Assembly (NCBI GenBank): GCA_030704615.1 | Contig: CM060731.1 | Span: forward strand, 80,972,001-81,036,000 | DNA: 64,000 nucleotides | Direction: 5' to 3' | Source: Takakia lepidozioides | Lineage: Eukaryota > Plantae > Bryophyta | Shown: piece after piece, positions 30,241 to 41,507 of the stretch | How positions within the stretch are numbered: the first letter of the stretch is position 1 | How the letters are laid out: each line of letters begins with the position of its first letter | Translations under genes and position numbers: made by a program | Notes under the pieces: model-generated | Database searches by the model: none | The model's input: the letters and a program-made list of their open reading frames with translations, nothing else | Told to the model about the DNA's origin: nothing

Positions 30241-32214
30241 ATCGTGACAGGCTGCAGCCAGACCACATCCCAATTACTCTTCGATCTGGTTGTAAGCATC
30301 ATGTCTTTTGAAAAGGATTTTGTATAGCTACTCTTTTGTGCACTATACTGACCCCGCTTTCCACCTTTTGTATCGTATTGCAATTTGTTAATAAAGTGGC
30401 AGTACCACCATGGAAGAATTAATTAATGTGGAAGAATTAATTAATGTGCACTCACAGCTGAATAAGGCCCCTAGAAGCCCCATGGTAGAATTACGTTTTA
30501 GGGTTTAGGGTAAATATAATGTAGAAACTTCCCCAAGGCTCTATGATGATGCAATCAATGCATCACTTCTCTAGGATAGAAGAATAAGCAAGCAAGATTA
30601 GAAAGAGAAAGAATAACACGAGAAACGAGAGGATAATAACAAGGTAAAGAACAAGATAATAAGGACCAAAATTTTGTCACCGCATGTGTACTGTGCAGTC
30701 CATGCTATGATCTCGAAATCTCGAAACGAAAAAAACTATCTTGAGTTTAGTCATATGACACTCCTCCACTCTCTTTCACAAAATTCACTTAGTCAATAAT
30801 CTCTCTTGTGGAGGAGCGCTCACACACTCACCAATGAACTAACCGGGTGTTCTCCCCTAACAAAGCTATGATACCATATTGTAACACTCAGCTAATAACA
30901 TTCAACTACTTGAGGACAACAGGAAGAGGAGGATTAAATATAAGTTACTAACTAAGCAGAGTGAGAATAATTAAGATGCAAGGCAACTCAGGAAAGAATG
31001 TACCCTAAGTGAAGTAAATGACTAAATAGCCGCATAGTAATAATATTATGTCCTACAATATCTGACATCCCACGAGGCCTTTGATCACGAATCTGGGTGT
31101 GAAGTGTCTCAACATTGTTGCTGGCTTTCTACTCTTTCTGGTTGGATATTAACCCCTCTGCTCTTCTCTCGCTCTTGAATTTCCATTATGACGCTATTTG
31201 GAATTCATGTCTAGTGTGGGCGGCTCTCCGAGCCCACACGCTATGGGTCAAAAACATTGATTTCACTTACTGAAGAGGTCACCCATTCCTTATTCAAACT
31301 CCATGTCACATTCTCACGCTGGTCTTCCACGAGATTAGCCCGTTCACATAGCAAAACGGGTTTAGATGTTGGGTTGCACATGGAAGGACTATCCAAAGAG
31401 TCAATGGATAGAACCCTTGGACAATCCCATCTTATATGATGTCAGCAAATGGGAAAGGGTTCACATGGAAAGTGTACTAAGTTATTTTTTTCTGAAGGAC
31501 CTTTAGTATGAGGCAAACCACTCAAAGGGGTCACACCTGTCACCATTGGCAATGTTCATAAGTTGTTTTCACACTTGCTAGGCCATTTACATAGATAAAA
31601 CAGAAATTTTATAATCTACATATTACATTTGACTGTTTTAAGCAATAAGATTTGTAACATTGAATGATGGAATATTGTTATTAATAATGATTATCGTTAT
31701 TTATAATGATTTTTCTATAACTATTGTCAATTTTTAATATACAGGAGAAACTTTTTGTGAAAGGGGTTGGAGAAAGGATAATTTGATTATTTTTATTGTT
31801 GGTGAAACAATGTACATAATTATGTTAATGGTAAAAAATCGATAGCTATAATGTTGGAGCGAATTAATTCTTTGTTGGATGAATAATGACTACCATGGTT
31901 GGAAAGTTTAAAGCCCATTAAACTAGTTTGTGATCAGTCCAATATGCTTTAGTCGTCCGGATTTGCATGGTTGGAGTGGCAAACCATATATGGTCAAGTT
32001 TAGAATCATAGTCTATAGTACTCTCATTGCATGTTATTTGAAATTTATGAATTTCCATGTAGTCTTGAAGCATGATAGATTGAGAAGTAACATATCAAAG
32101 ATTGAAATCCTCAATAAATATGGTTGGGCCATAGTGCGGTATTTTATTGTACATATTCTCCATATGTAATAAAAATGTCTATAACATATTTTGCAAGGTT
32201 TAAATAAAAGTAAT

Positions 32215-35080
32215 TAATGCAAAAAAAAAAAGGAAATTAAAAATTGAAATAAATAAAATAATAAAATAAGGTGAAAAAAAAATGAATGAATGAATATAAA
32301 AATAATGAAAAATGGAAAAACAATAATAATAAACAAAATAAAAAAAAAAAAAAAAAATGGTAAAAAAACAAAAAATAAAAAAGGTGTTGCAAAATCAGGA
32401 TGCATAAAAATAATAAATAAAAAAATAAAATATAATGCGACTTGATGAAAAAAAAAAGATTGTAAAAAAATAAAAAAAAAAAAAAAAAAAGGAAAAAAAA
32501 AAAAAAAAAAAATAATACATAAAAAAAAATAAGAAAATAAAAAAAAAAAAAAAAAAAAAAACTAGGGTTGGAAAAATAAAAAAAAAAATTCAAAAAAAAA
32601 AATAAAATTTTAAAAAAAATAAAAATTAAAAAAAAATTAAAAAAGAAAAAAAAAAAAAAAAACTCAAAAATACTCGGCCCCCACTTCCCCTCCCCATGGC
32701 CCGTTCTACCACCATCCCCCCCCCCATTTAAATGCTCCCCCTCTCCCCCTCCAATTCTCAATGGAACCACCCTCCTTCATCTCTATCCCCCCTCCCCTCC
32801 CCCCCCCCCCTCCATCCTCATGGCAATCCTCCCCCCCCCTCTCCCCACTTCCCCCCCCCCCCCCCCTCTCCCCCCCTCCCTCTCCCCCTCCTCCCCCCCC
32901 CCCCATGCGCCCCCTCATCCCTGCCCTCCCCCCCCTCTGACCTCTCCCCCACTTCCCTACCCCTCCCCCCCCCACCCCCTACCTCCCCCCCCTCCCCCCC
33001 CCCCCCCCCCCCCATGTCCCATAAACTATATGGCCCCTCCTACTCCCCTCCCCCCCCCCTCCCACCCACTCCCCCCCCCCCAACTCAATAAACAAAATTA
33101 TCCCAGGGCCCTGGTTTCCAAAAACAAACACAACCCCAACCCACCATAATCCCCACCTCCTCTCACCCCTCCCCCTCCCCCATGGTTGCGTGCGCCCCAC
33201 TTTTCTTTAGACCCCCTCCTTTGCCCCCTTCCCCTCCTTCCTACGAAAAATGCCTCCTCCCCCTCCCCCTCCCCTCCTCTGTCTCTCCCCCCCCCCCCCA
33301 AGTCTTTCATCCCCATCCTCTCCCCCCTACACTATACAAACCCCCACCCCCCCCCCCCCCTCTCCCATGCCACCCCCCCACCCCCCCCACCACCCCATCC
33401 TTACTCTGTAGAAAAAAACATCCCACTCCAGCTCACATACCTTTACCCACAATCAACCCTTTTTAAAAACAACCATCACAAAAAACCCACACATATCCAA
33501 CACAAACAATTACCATGCCCCCCAAAAACAAACCTGTAAAGAAAAAATAAACAAAACAAACACTCCAAACCATAAAAAAAAAAAAAACTACAATATAAAT
33601 AAAAACCCTCCCCCCAGAATTTGTCCCCTCCTTATCTCCCCCAGTCAATGGCCCCCCCCCCGAAATCCCCCCCTCCCATGATCTCGACTCCCCCCCCGAA
33701 AAAACCCCTCCCCCCTTCCCCCCCCCCCCCCCTACTCCCTAGTCCCCCTTCTCTTCTCAATAAGCTCTCACCCACTCCCCCCCCCCCTAACCCTGTCCTC
33801 CCCCCCCCCTATCCCCCCCCCCCCCTCTGAACCTCAGCTAACACCACTCACCTAAGGACAACCCCCCACCCCATTAAACCCCTCCCTAACTAAGCCCATT
33901 TACTACAAGCAGATCCACCCACCACCACACTTCACCTCCACCCTTCGCCCCTCAATAGCCATATCCCCCCACCCTACCTATCCCCCCCCCCACCATCCCC
34001 TCCCCCCCCTCTGATCCCGACCCCCCTCCCCCCCCCACTGGCTTGCGACTCTCTACTTCCCCCCTCCCCCCTCCCCTCTTCTCTTCCCTCCTCCCCCCAT
34101 TTCCATTATGACGCTAAATCCCCCCTCCTCCTAGTGGGCTCTCTCCGAGCCCCACCCTATGGGTCAAAAACATTGATTTCCCCTACTGAAGAGGTCCCCC
34201 ATCCCTTATTCCCTCCCCATCTCCCATCACCCCGCTGGTCTTCCACGAGATTAGCCTGTGCACATAGCCAAAACGTTTTTAAGTTTTGGGTTGCACCATG
34301 GAAGGACTATCCAAAGAGTCCAACCAACCCCCCCCCTCTACCCCCCCCCCTATGATGTCCCCAATGGGAAAGGGTTCCCTCACATGGAAAGTACCTAAGT
34401 TCTTTCTTTCCTCCCCCCACCCCCTCCCCCCCCCTCCTCCCCACCCCCCCCTCACCATCCCCTAAGTTGTTTTCATTTTCACACTTGCTATGCCATTTAC
34501 CCCCCCTTACATAAACAATTTATATCTACATATCACATTGGCTGGGTTTAAAATAAGCCCCTAAGATTTGTCACATTGGACTGATGGAATTGGTTTTTAA
34601 TGATTTCCCCATTTACTCTTTTTCTATAAACTCTACACCGTCCTTTTACCACAAGACCCCTTTTTGTCCCCAGAAAGGATTTTTGATTATTTTTATTGTT
34701 GGTGAAACGTGTATATTATTTTTTTAATGGGAAAATCCCATAGCTATAATGTTGGAGCGAATTAATCCTCTGTTGGATGAATAAAATGACTAACATGGTT
34801 GAAATTTTAAGCCCCTTAAACCCTAGTTGATCCAGTCCAACTTTAGCTCGTCCTTTGCATCTGGTGGCACACATATATGTCAAGTTGATCATAGTCTATC
34901 GTTACCCCCACACAATTTGAAAATTTATCCCCCCATGTAGTCTTGAAGCATGAACTTGATAAGACACCAACCCCTGATCCCCTCCCCAATAAGGTGGGTA
35001 GTGCCCTATTTTATTCCCCCCCCCTCTTATCCATATGTCAAAATGTCTATTTTGGTAGGTTTATAAATTGTAATTATATT
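32215..35080. other. Low-complexity poly-A/poly-C tract and error-laden duplicate of ~30600-32215, probably an assembly or read artefact
   Basis: Homopolymer runs grade into a corrupted copy of upstream sequence, e.g. ttccattatgacgcta at 31181 and 34101, and ctatgggtcaaaaacattgatttc at 31241 and 34157. Confidence 0.75.
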
Positions 35081-36097
35081 CAATGCTCTTCATGAATTCA
35101 AATTGAAAGTTGCATAAATGAATTCGGTGTCGTCCTAATTGTGTGGATTCATGTGGTGAGAGAACAATTTGAGTGTCATATAAAATGGCATTGCCATGAC
35201 CACGATGAAATGCTATAAAAGAAAAATTGGTGTAATCGATGAAAATGTTCTAGATTAAATTACGATGACGATAATTGGTGTTTCATTCCAAGCACAATAT
35301 GTGAAGCTTGACGTATTCAATCAATATCCATCATATTGATATTGGTTTAGCAAACGAGTATTCAATGTTTGCACGACAAAAAAAAAAATTGCAATATGAA
35401 GGGTATTGACAATTTATGTTGTGTCATTGTTATAAATCGTCTCATGTATTTGGCAACTGACTTATCAACGTTGAAATTTTTTGGTTCGTGTGTGTTCAAA
35501 AGATACAAGTGTTCTTTTTTCCTTATGCTAGATAAAGTTGTGTAAGTTAGACCATGTCTTGTAACACCTTTTAGATCGAAAGCTATAAGCTAACAGGTCT
35601 AAGTGCAGCTTCTGCCTTCTTGAAGTAAAACCTATTATCATGACACTGTTGTCTTCATAGTTGCAAGTTCATTGTTCATTATAGCTAGGCTGTCATGCCA
35701 TAGACATGGGTGCCAATATCGATGCCTACAAAGCACTAATAAGAAGAAGCATCTTTGCGTGGAATACAATGGCGTACTACGTCAATTTGGCAGCTCTGGA
35801 GGAAGTTGTTGCTGATTGCAGGCTTGCAATGCAACAGTTCCCTACCTACACACCAAGCCATGCCCGACCAATGTGCCATCATCGTGTTTGAAGACCTTGC
35901 TACCCGATTGTTTCACTGATTGGTGAAATATCTAACGCTTGAGTGCAACTCTCACAATTGTAGAGATAATCGCTTCCTAATTTAAATTAGGTCTAACAAC
36001 TTCTGCCTTCTTGACGTAAACCTATAATCGAGATTATAACATTGTTGTCTTCATAGTTGGAAGTTCATTGTTCATTGCAGCGAGGCTGTCATGCCAT

Positions 36098-36413
36098 TGT
36101 CAAGTTATTTTACCACTAGTGTGAAACTAGCTAGGAAATAGCTAGCTTTTACATATTGACATTTGGGATTGGCCCAAGTGTCAATCCAGGGGTCAAGGCA
36201 GATTTAGGCCCTGGAGTGGTTATCTTCACGGCAAGCGCGGGAGGCTCATCTTTCTCGAGTTGAGCCTCACCGCCCTAGCTATGGCGCCGTAGTGTGGATT
36301 CCCCATGGCGTGGGGTGCACTTGGCTTGACTTGTATTTGAGTGATGAGGTTATATATGCATGAGTTTATGCTTCAGATTTGTGAGCTCGTGTTTGTATTC
36401 TTCTTCTTTATCA
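36098..36413 (+). repeat. Putative 5' LTR (316 bp, TGTCAAG...TTTATCA)
   Basis: TG/CA termini. It interrupts a local repeat (35985-36097, similar to 35595-35701) right after GCCAT. The near-identical inverted copy at 54322-54638 has the same boundaries. Confidence 0.75.
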
Positions 36414-36429
36414 CTCGAGAAAGATGAGC
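36414..36429 (+). promoter_or_regulatory. Self-priming primer-binding site
   Basis: CTCGAGAAAGATGAGC directly follows the LTR and is the exact reverse complement of 36244-36259 inside the LTR. It lacks the TGG start of tRNA-type PBSs. Confidence 0.7.
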
Positions 36430-37914
36430 TCGTATCTGTGAGTGCCATATACGAGTTAGTTGTAGCACTTGTGGTTTTTGCTTGAGAATGAGAGAAACCA
36501 AGTTATTATGCAAGGAGCACCGTGGAGCTCTTGGTTGTTAGAACGGGCGGAGGCGGTGGGTTACGAGGTGGTAGACCTTGGCATTCAATCTTCAGCTTCA
36601 GAGATGAAAGCACCATGCTGCAGGTAATTCCAGAGCACCTTGATGGTTTCAGATTGTGTACATGCATGAGCAAGCACGATTGGGAAGAGGACCAGTCAAG
36701 AGCAGGTTATAGTGGCTTTGGTGGCAAAGCTGAGAACTGGACTTGGGAATGCGAGCTTTCATTGTGTGAAGGATTGCAAGACCAAGCGAAAGGGCTGATT
36801 TGGCTTGGGGCAAATCAGTGCACTTTGTGGAGTATGGTGAGATTGGGTTTCAATCTCGAGCTTCAGCATTGAGAGGGCTCTTGTCATGGCAAGAGCAGGG
36901 CTGGAACAGGAGCTAAGAGGTGCGGCAAAGGCCATGGAATGTGCACCTAGGGTTTCAGAGCTTGGAAGAAGAGCTCTTGCACCACAAGAGAAGTGTCTTG
37001 TGGCTGGAAATGTAAGCCTTAGGGTTTCAGGAGCTTCGCAAAGGCTGTGGAGTGCTTAGTCTTTGTCTTAGAGAGCATCAAGGAGCCAAGGACCAAGATA
37101 GGGGGCTGATATCTCTTGTGTGAAGAGGTTGCATGTGTGGAGCATGTATTCAGCTCATTGAAGCTTCCATCTTCAAGCTTGGAGGGCAAGTAGGGAAGAG
37201 GGAAGGGCTGACTTCCCTTATGTGAGGCAATGCATGTGTGGAGCATGCTATCAGCCTGGTGAAGGCTTGCATGAAGGGGCTGGTTTCCCTGTAGGGCATG
37301 TGGAGCATGCTTTCAGCCTGCTGAAGCTTGATTTTCAGGTTTGTGGGTGCAAGAAATGAAGCAAAGAGCTGATTCTCTTATGGTGAGAGTGGGGCATGTG
37401 TGGAGCATGTCCAGCCCATTGAGGCTCTTGTTTTCAAGCTTTAGAGAGCTAGAACAGAAGGTCTAGGGCTGGTTTCCACTTGGAGTGAAAAAAAAACACT
37501 TGTAGGGCCTATGTGAGTTGGGGTTTCAACTTCAAGCTTGAAGGGAGCGCAACTCTTGAAGCAGCAGGTGTAGGGGGCTGGAATAGGCTCTAAGACAGAT
37601 GCTATGCCAGGAAAGTGCTTGAATGAGTGCTCACAAGGGCTGGGAACCAGCAGGGCTTGGTTGTTTGCCATTGAGTTTAGTGGCGTGTTTGGGGAGGCTA
37701 AGTGAGAAAGAAGGCTTGGTTTGTGGCAACCACCTCATGGCTTAGGGCTACTATAGTGGTGTGTGGGAGCCGAAAGAGCAAGAATACCTTGCTGATTTCC
37801 TCACAGCCGCCATAGCTCGGTGGAAAGAAGCCTCGAGTCCAAGAGACACAAACCCTAGCTTGGCGTGGCTAAACCCCTTGGAGAAATGGCTAAATTGTTA
37901 GAGCGGCCATGGAT

Positions 37915-38880
37915 GGGGCTGTGACGGGCTGTCCCTGTGGCCTTGGGGGCTGTGATGGGCTGTGCCCGTGGCCTTTAGGGCTGTGATGGGCTGTGAGGGG
38001 CTGTGACAGGCCGTGCCTGAGGCCTTTGGGGCTGTGACGGGCTGTGAGGGGCTGTGACAGGCCGTGCCTGAGGCCTTTGGGGCTGTGACGGGCTGTGAGG
38101 GGCTGTGTCAGGCCGTGCCTGAGGCCTTTGGGGCTGTGAGGGGCTGTGGCGAGCTCTGAGGGGCTGTGACACAGGCTGTGCCCAGTGGCCTGTTGGGGCT
38201 GTGACGGGCTGTGCGGGGCTGTGACACGTTGTGCCCAGTGGCCTGTGGGGCTGTGACGGGCTGTGCGGGGCTGTGACAGGCTGTGCCCAGTGGCCTGTGG
38301 GGCTGTGATGGGCTGTGAGGGGCTGTGACAGGCTGTGCCCATGGCCTTTGGAGCTGTGACGGGCTGTGAGGGGCTGTGACAGGCTGTGCCCAGTGGCCTG
38401 TGGGCTGTGACGTGCTGTGACAGGCGGTGGCGGGCTGTGACAGGCTGTGGCGAGCTGTGATAGATGTGATGGCTGTGATGGGCTTGCGGGCTGTGACAGG
38501 CTGTGCCTTGTGGCCTGTGGGGCTGTGGCGAGCTGTGACGGCTATGAAGAGCTGTGACAGGCTGTGGCGTGATGTGACAGGCTGTGCCTAGTGGCCTGTG
38601 GGGCTGTGAGGGGCTTGACAGGCTGTGCCCTGTGGCGTGTGGGCTGTGACGGCTGTGACAAGCTGAGCCCAGTGGCCTGTGGGCTGTGATGGGCTGTGAG
38701 GGTTGTGGCCTTTGGGGCTGTGACCCTGTGACTTGTATCGGGCTGTGACAGGTTGTGCCCTGTGGCCTATGGGGGCTGTGAGGGGCTGTGACAGGCTGCG
38801 GCCTGTGGGACTGTGACCCTGTGACCTGTGTAGGGGCTGTGACAGGCTGTGGCCTGTGAGTTGTGTGGGCCTGTGCTGGT
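37915..38880. repeat. Satellite of 9-10 bp GGGCTGTGA(C/G/T) units in ~50 bp higher-order repeats, in the element's 5' leader
   Basis: Read directly; e.g. gggctgtgacgggctgtgaggggctgtgacaggccgtgcctgaggcctttg repeats at ~37978-38130. Confidence 0.95.
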
Positions 38881-39591
38881 CTGTGGTGGCCCGTGTTGAC
38901 CTGTGGACGGCCTGTGCTGACTCGTGGTGGCACTGGTGGACTGCCTAAGGACTGGTATGTGGTCTTGAAGGCCGAATTTTGAAGCTTATGGAGGGCGGTT
39001 TGAGGAGTATCTTCATGATATTCCCATGGTCATGCAAGTGAGGGAAAGAGGAGAGGAAGAGTGTTGGGATGAGGGCATGTTGGGGTTAGGCATTGCTTTA
39101 GCTTCTCTCTCCTCGTAGTTTCCACCCTCTCATTAGGCCAAGACCTTTCCGTAGGTGGAGGCAAGAGTCAGTCCGGGTTTGGGCTGGGGTGTCCTTGCAG
39201 GAGCAACACCGTGGAGTTGTTTTTGGTGTGGGGGAGTTGTCGTTCTGATTTCTTGTGTTTGGATCCCCTCCATACCTGCATGCTTGACTGTGCGCCATGC
39301 TAGTTTTGTGTGGGCGTTTGTTTTTATAGGTGATTGGTCCGGATTTGATCACCGGCCAGTCCTAGAGCATGCTGTCGATGTGAGGCTGGGGTGATGACCA
39401 GCCAGACCATCATTGTTTCTCCTGTGGTGAGGTTGGAGTGATGATGACCAGCCAACCATAGGAGTGCTTGCGGTGGATGCAGGTACAGGTGTAGGCTATG
39501 TTAGGAACTTAGTATTCCAAACCATAAACCGCAACAGGTTCTCTACCCGGTTACCTTGTGGAGAGGGGGTTAGGGACATGTTCATGACCGG

Positions 39592-40727
39592 TTGAGTGTC
39601 AACACGGAGGTGCCACTAGTTGCTGGGGACAGTGCCGGTTCGAGCACTAGCGATACTAGTGGGTACACGAGACGAGGTGTGCGGTTTAGGCCACCTTCAC
39701 CTCATGTGTCTTCTACGGAAGGTTCTGATTCGGATTGTGAATCAGGAGGACTCATACCGGCGGTAAAATTGTTTCCTTCCTTGCTATTGTTGTGGGACAC
39801 AATGGAGGAGATGTATGGAGCTACCAAGGGGCCACGAAGGTACTCGGGGCGGTGGGCACCATCGAGTTGGATGATTTTATCCAAGAGTTTGATAGTTGGT
39901 GTGATTTGCAGCAAATACGCAATCCACAACTATTTACGCCTTTCATGGCATGGAAGGGGTTGTTTCAGCACCTTGAGGGGCCGCCTATGGATGATTACCA
40001 TGAGTTCAGGCGGGGGCATGAGGTTGAGATTGAGGAGTGGAGGATGTACTGGTCACCCGACTATGTCTCCATCACTAGGGGCACTAGAGCCACGAGGGAA
40101 GTGGCTACACCTGCCGCTACACACGGCAGCTTCAGCAAGTAGCAGAGGGACTAGTGGGACTGGTGGTACAGTAGCTACGACGTCCACCAAGCCACTACCG
40201 CACCAGCACTAGTACCCGTGCCTGCCTTCACCCTGTTGTGGAGTTCTTCGAAGAGTTGAGAGAAAACTACCAAGGGGTGAGAACGAGAAGTTGCGGAGCT
40301 TGCAAGAGTTCCAACAGAAGCCGACCGAGAGCTTGAGGGAGGCTTTCACTTCACTCGCATGAGGCGCTTGATAAATGTAACCCAAGGGGTTACGGAAGCC
40401 TCAGGCAGTCCATTCTGGTATGGGATATTGGACAAGGAGCTGAGGAGAAGGGTGTGGGATGCAACTCTCCTACAAAGCGGCCCCCCCACCTAGCAAATGT
40501 GTTTTTGCTGGCAAGCGGATAGAGCTCTACATGGTGGAGGAACGAGTGGTCATGGTGGGATTTGCTAGGAGACACCACGGGTATTGGTGCTCCTAGCCAA
40601 CCACTACCTCAACGTGCTCAAGGCAACAAGGGGGCTCAGGTGAAGCTCAGGGAAGGCCGAGAGTAGGACCTCAGATGCAGGGGTCTCTCCCTTCATTTTC
40701 TGGCCAACAACGGGCGGATGTGGTGTG
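39592..40727 (+). pseudogene. gag of the outer element, frameshifted and interrupted at a probable zinc-knuckle start by the nested element
   Basis: MEEMYGATKGPRRYSG / TIELDDFIQEFDSWCD...LFQHLEGPPMDDY / KLRSLQEFQQKPTESLREA...RMRRLI...WYGILDKELRRRV, ending NNGRMWC at the insertion. Confidence 0.65.
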
Positions 40728-41452
40728 TGTCGCGGCCCTTTGCCTTGAGGGCAGGAGGGGTCGGGACACAAGAGGGGCTGCCCATGTGGTGGGGGCAGTA
40801 GCGCGATAGGTACGGGGGCTGAAGCACCCTTGAGTGCCCAAGGCACTCAAGGAGGCGGAGGCGCTCACTAGGTGGAGCCCCGCACACCGGGTTGCGGTGG
40901 GGGTGGCTCCACAAGGGGTGGTGGTAGCTTAGCGGGACTTAGTGGGGGTGGCGTAGGACTCACCATGGGGTGGAGACCTCGTGGTGGGAGTCGTGGGGAG
41001 TCTTGGGACTCATCACGGTCCATGGGGCCGTGGTGAGTGGGCCAAGACTCACCGCGACTCACCACCGGGAGTCGAGGGTCTTCGTGGTGGTTCACCATAA
41101 AATGGCATGGCTGGTTGTGAAACCCCCGCGGACAGCTACAGAAGTATATATAAGGGGAGTAGTAACCCCGAGAACGGTGGAAGCCCGTTGGTGACCAAAA
41201 ACTAGTGAGTAAGCGAGCGAGCCGGAAAGCGACCAAAGAGTGGGGAGCTGTTCCGGACTGCCATCTACCAAAGGGAATTCCACTAGGCCCAAATAGGTGG
41301 AGGGTCTTTCGGGAAGCGAAGGGGGACCGTTATGTCCCGGTGAGCAGCCGAAGCTCCGAGTTGGCCCGGCGGCCAGGTTGGGAGTCAGGCGCGCGCATCA
41401 AAGCGAGTAACTATGACTTGAAGGGGAGCTTACCGAAGTGAGGTGCGCGACA
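40728..41452 (+). repeat. 5' LTR of the nested chromovirus (725 bp)
   Basis: 7 bp terminal inverted repeat, TATATAA at ~41147, direct repeat of 46969-47516. Confidence 0.92.
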
Positions 41453-41454
41453 CT

Positions 41455-41466
41455 TGGTATCAGAGC
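41455..41466 (+). promoter_or_regulatory. PBS complementary to initiator tRNA-Met
   Basis: TGGTATCAGAGC, 2 nt after the LTR end. Confidence 0.93.
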
Positions 41467-41507
41467 TTAGAGTTCAGTACGCGATCGTCCTTGGGATTGG
41501 CCTCATC

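Noticed and set aside
32214-34355. Poly-Phe, poly-Pro and poly-Gly ORFs (extensin or GRP-like)
   Set aside because: They arise from homopolymer tracts in a probable sequencing artefact.
37125-37420. CRISPR-like spaced repeats (GCATGTGTGGAGCATG)
   Set aside because: The spacers resemble each other (diverged tandem repeat), the context is eukaryotic and there are no cas genes.
37890-38933. 347 aa Pro/His/Ser-rich ORF on the minus strand
   Set aside because: It is the translation of the GGGCTGTGA satellite; the frame is open because of repeat composition.
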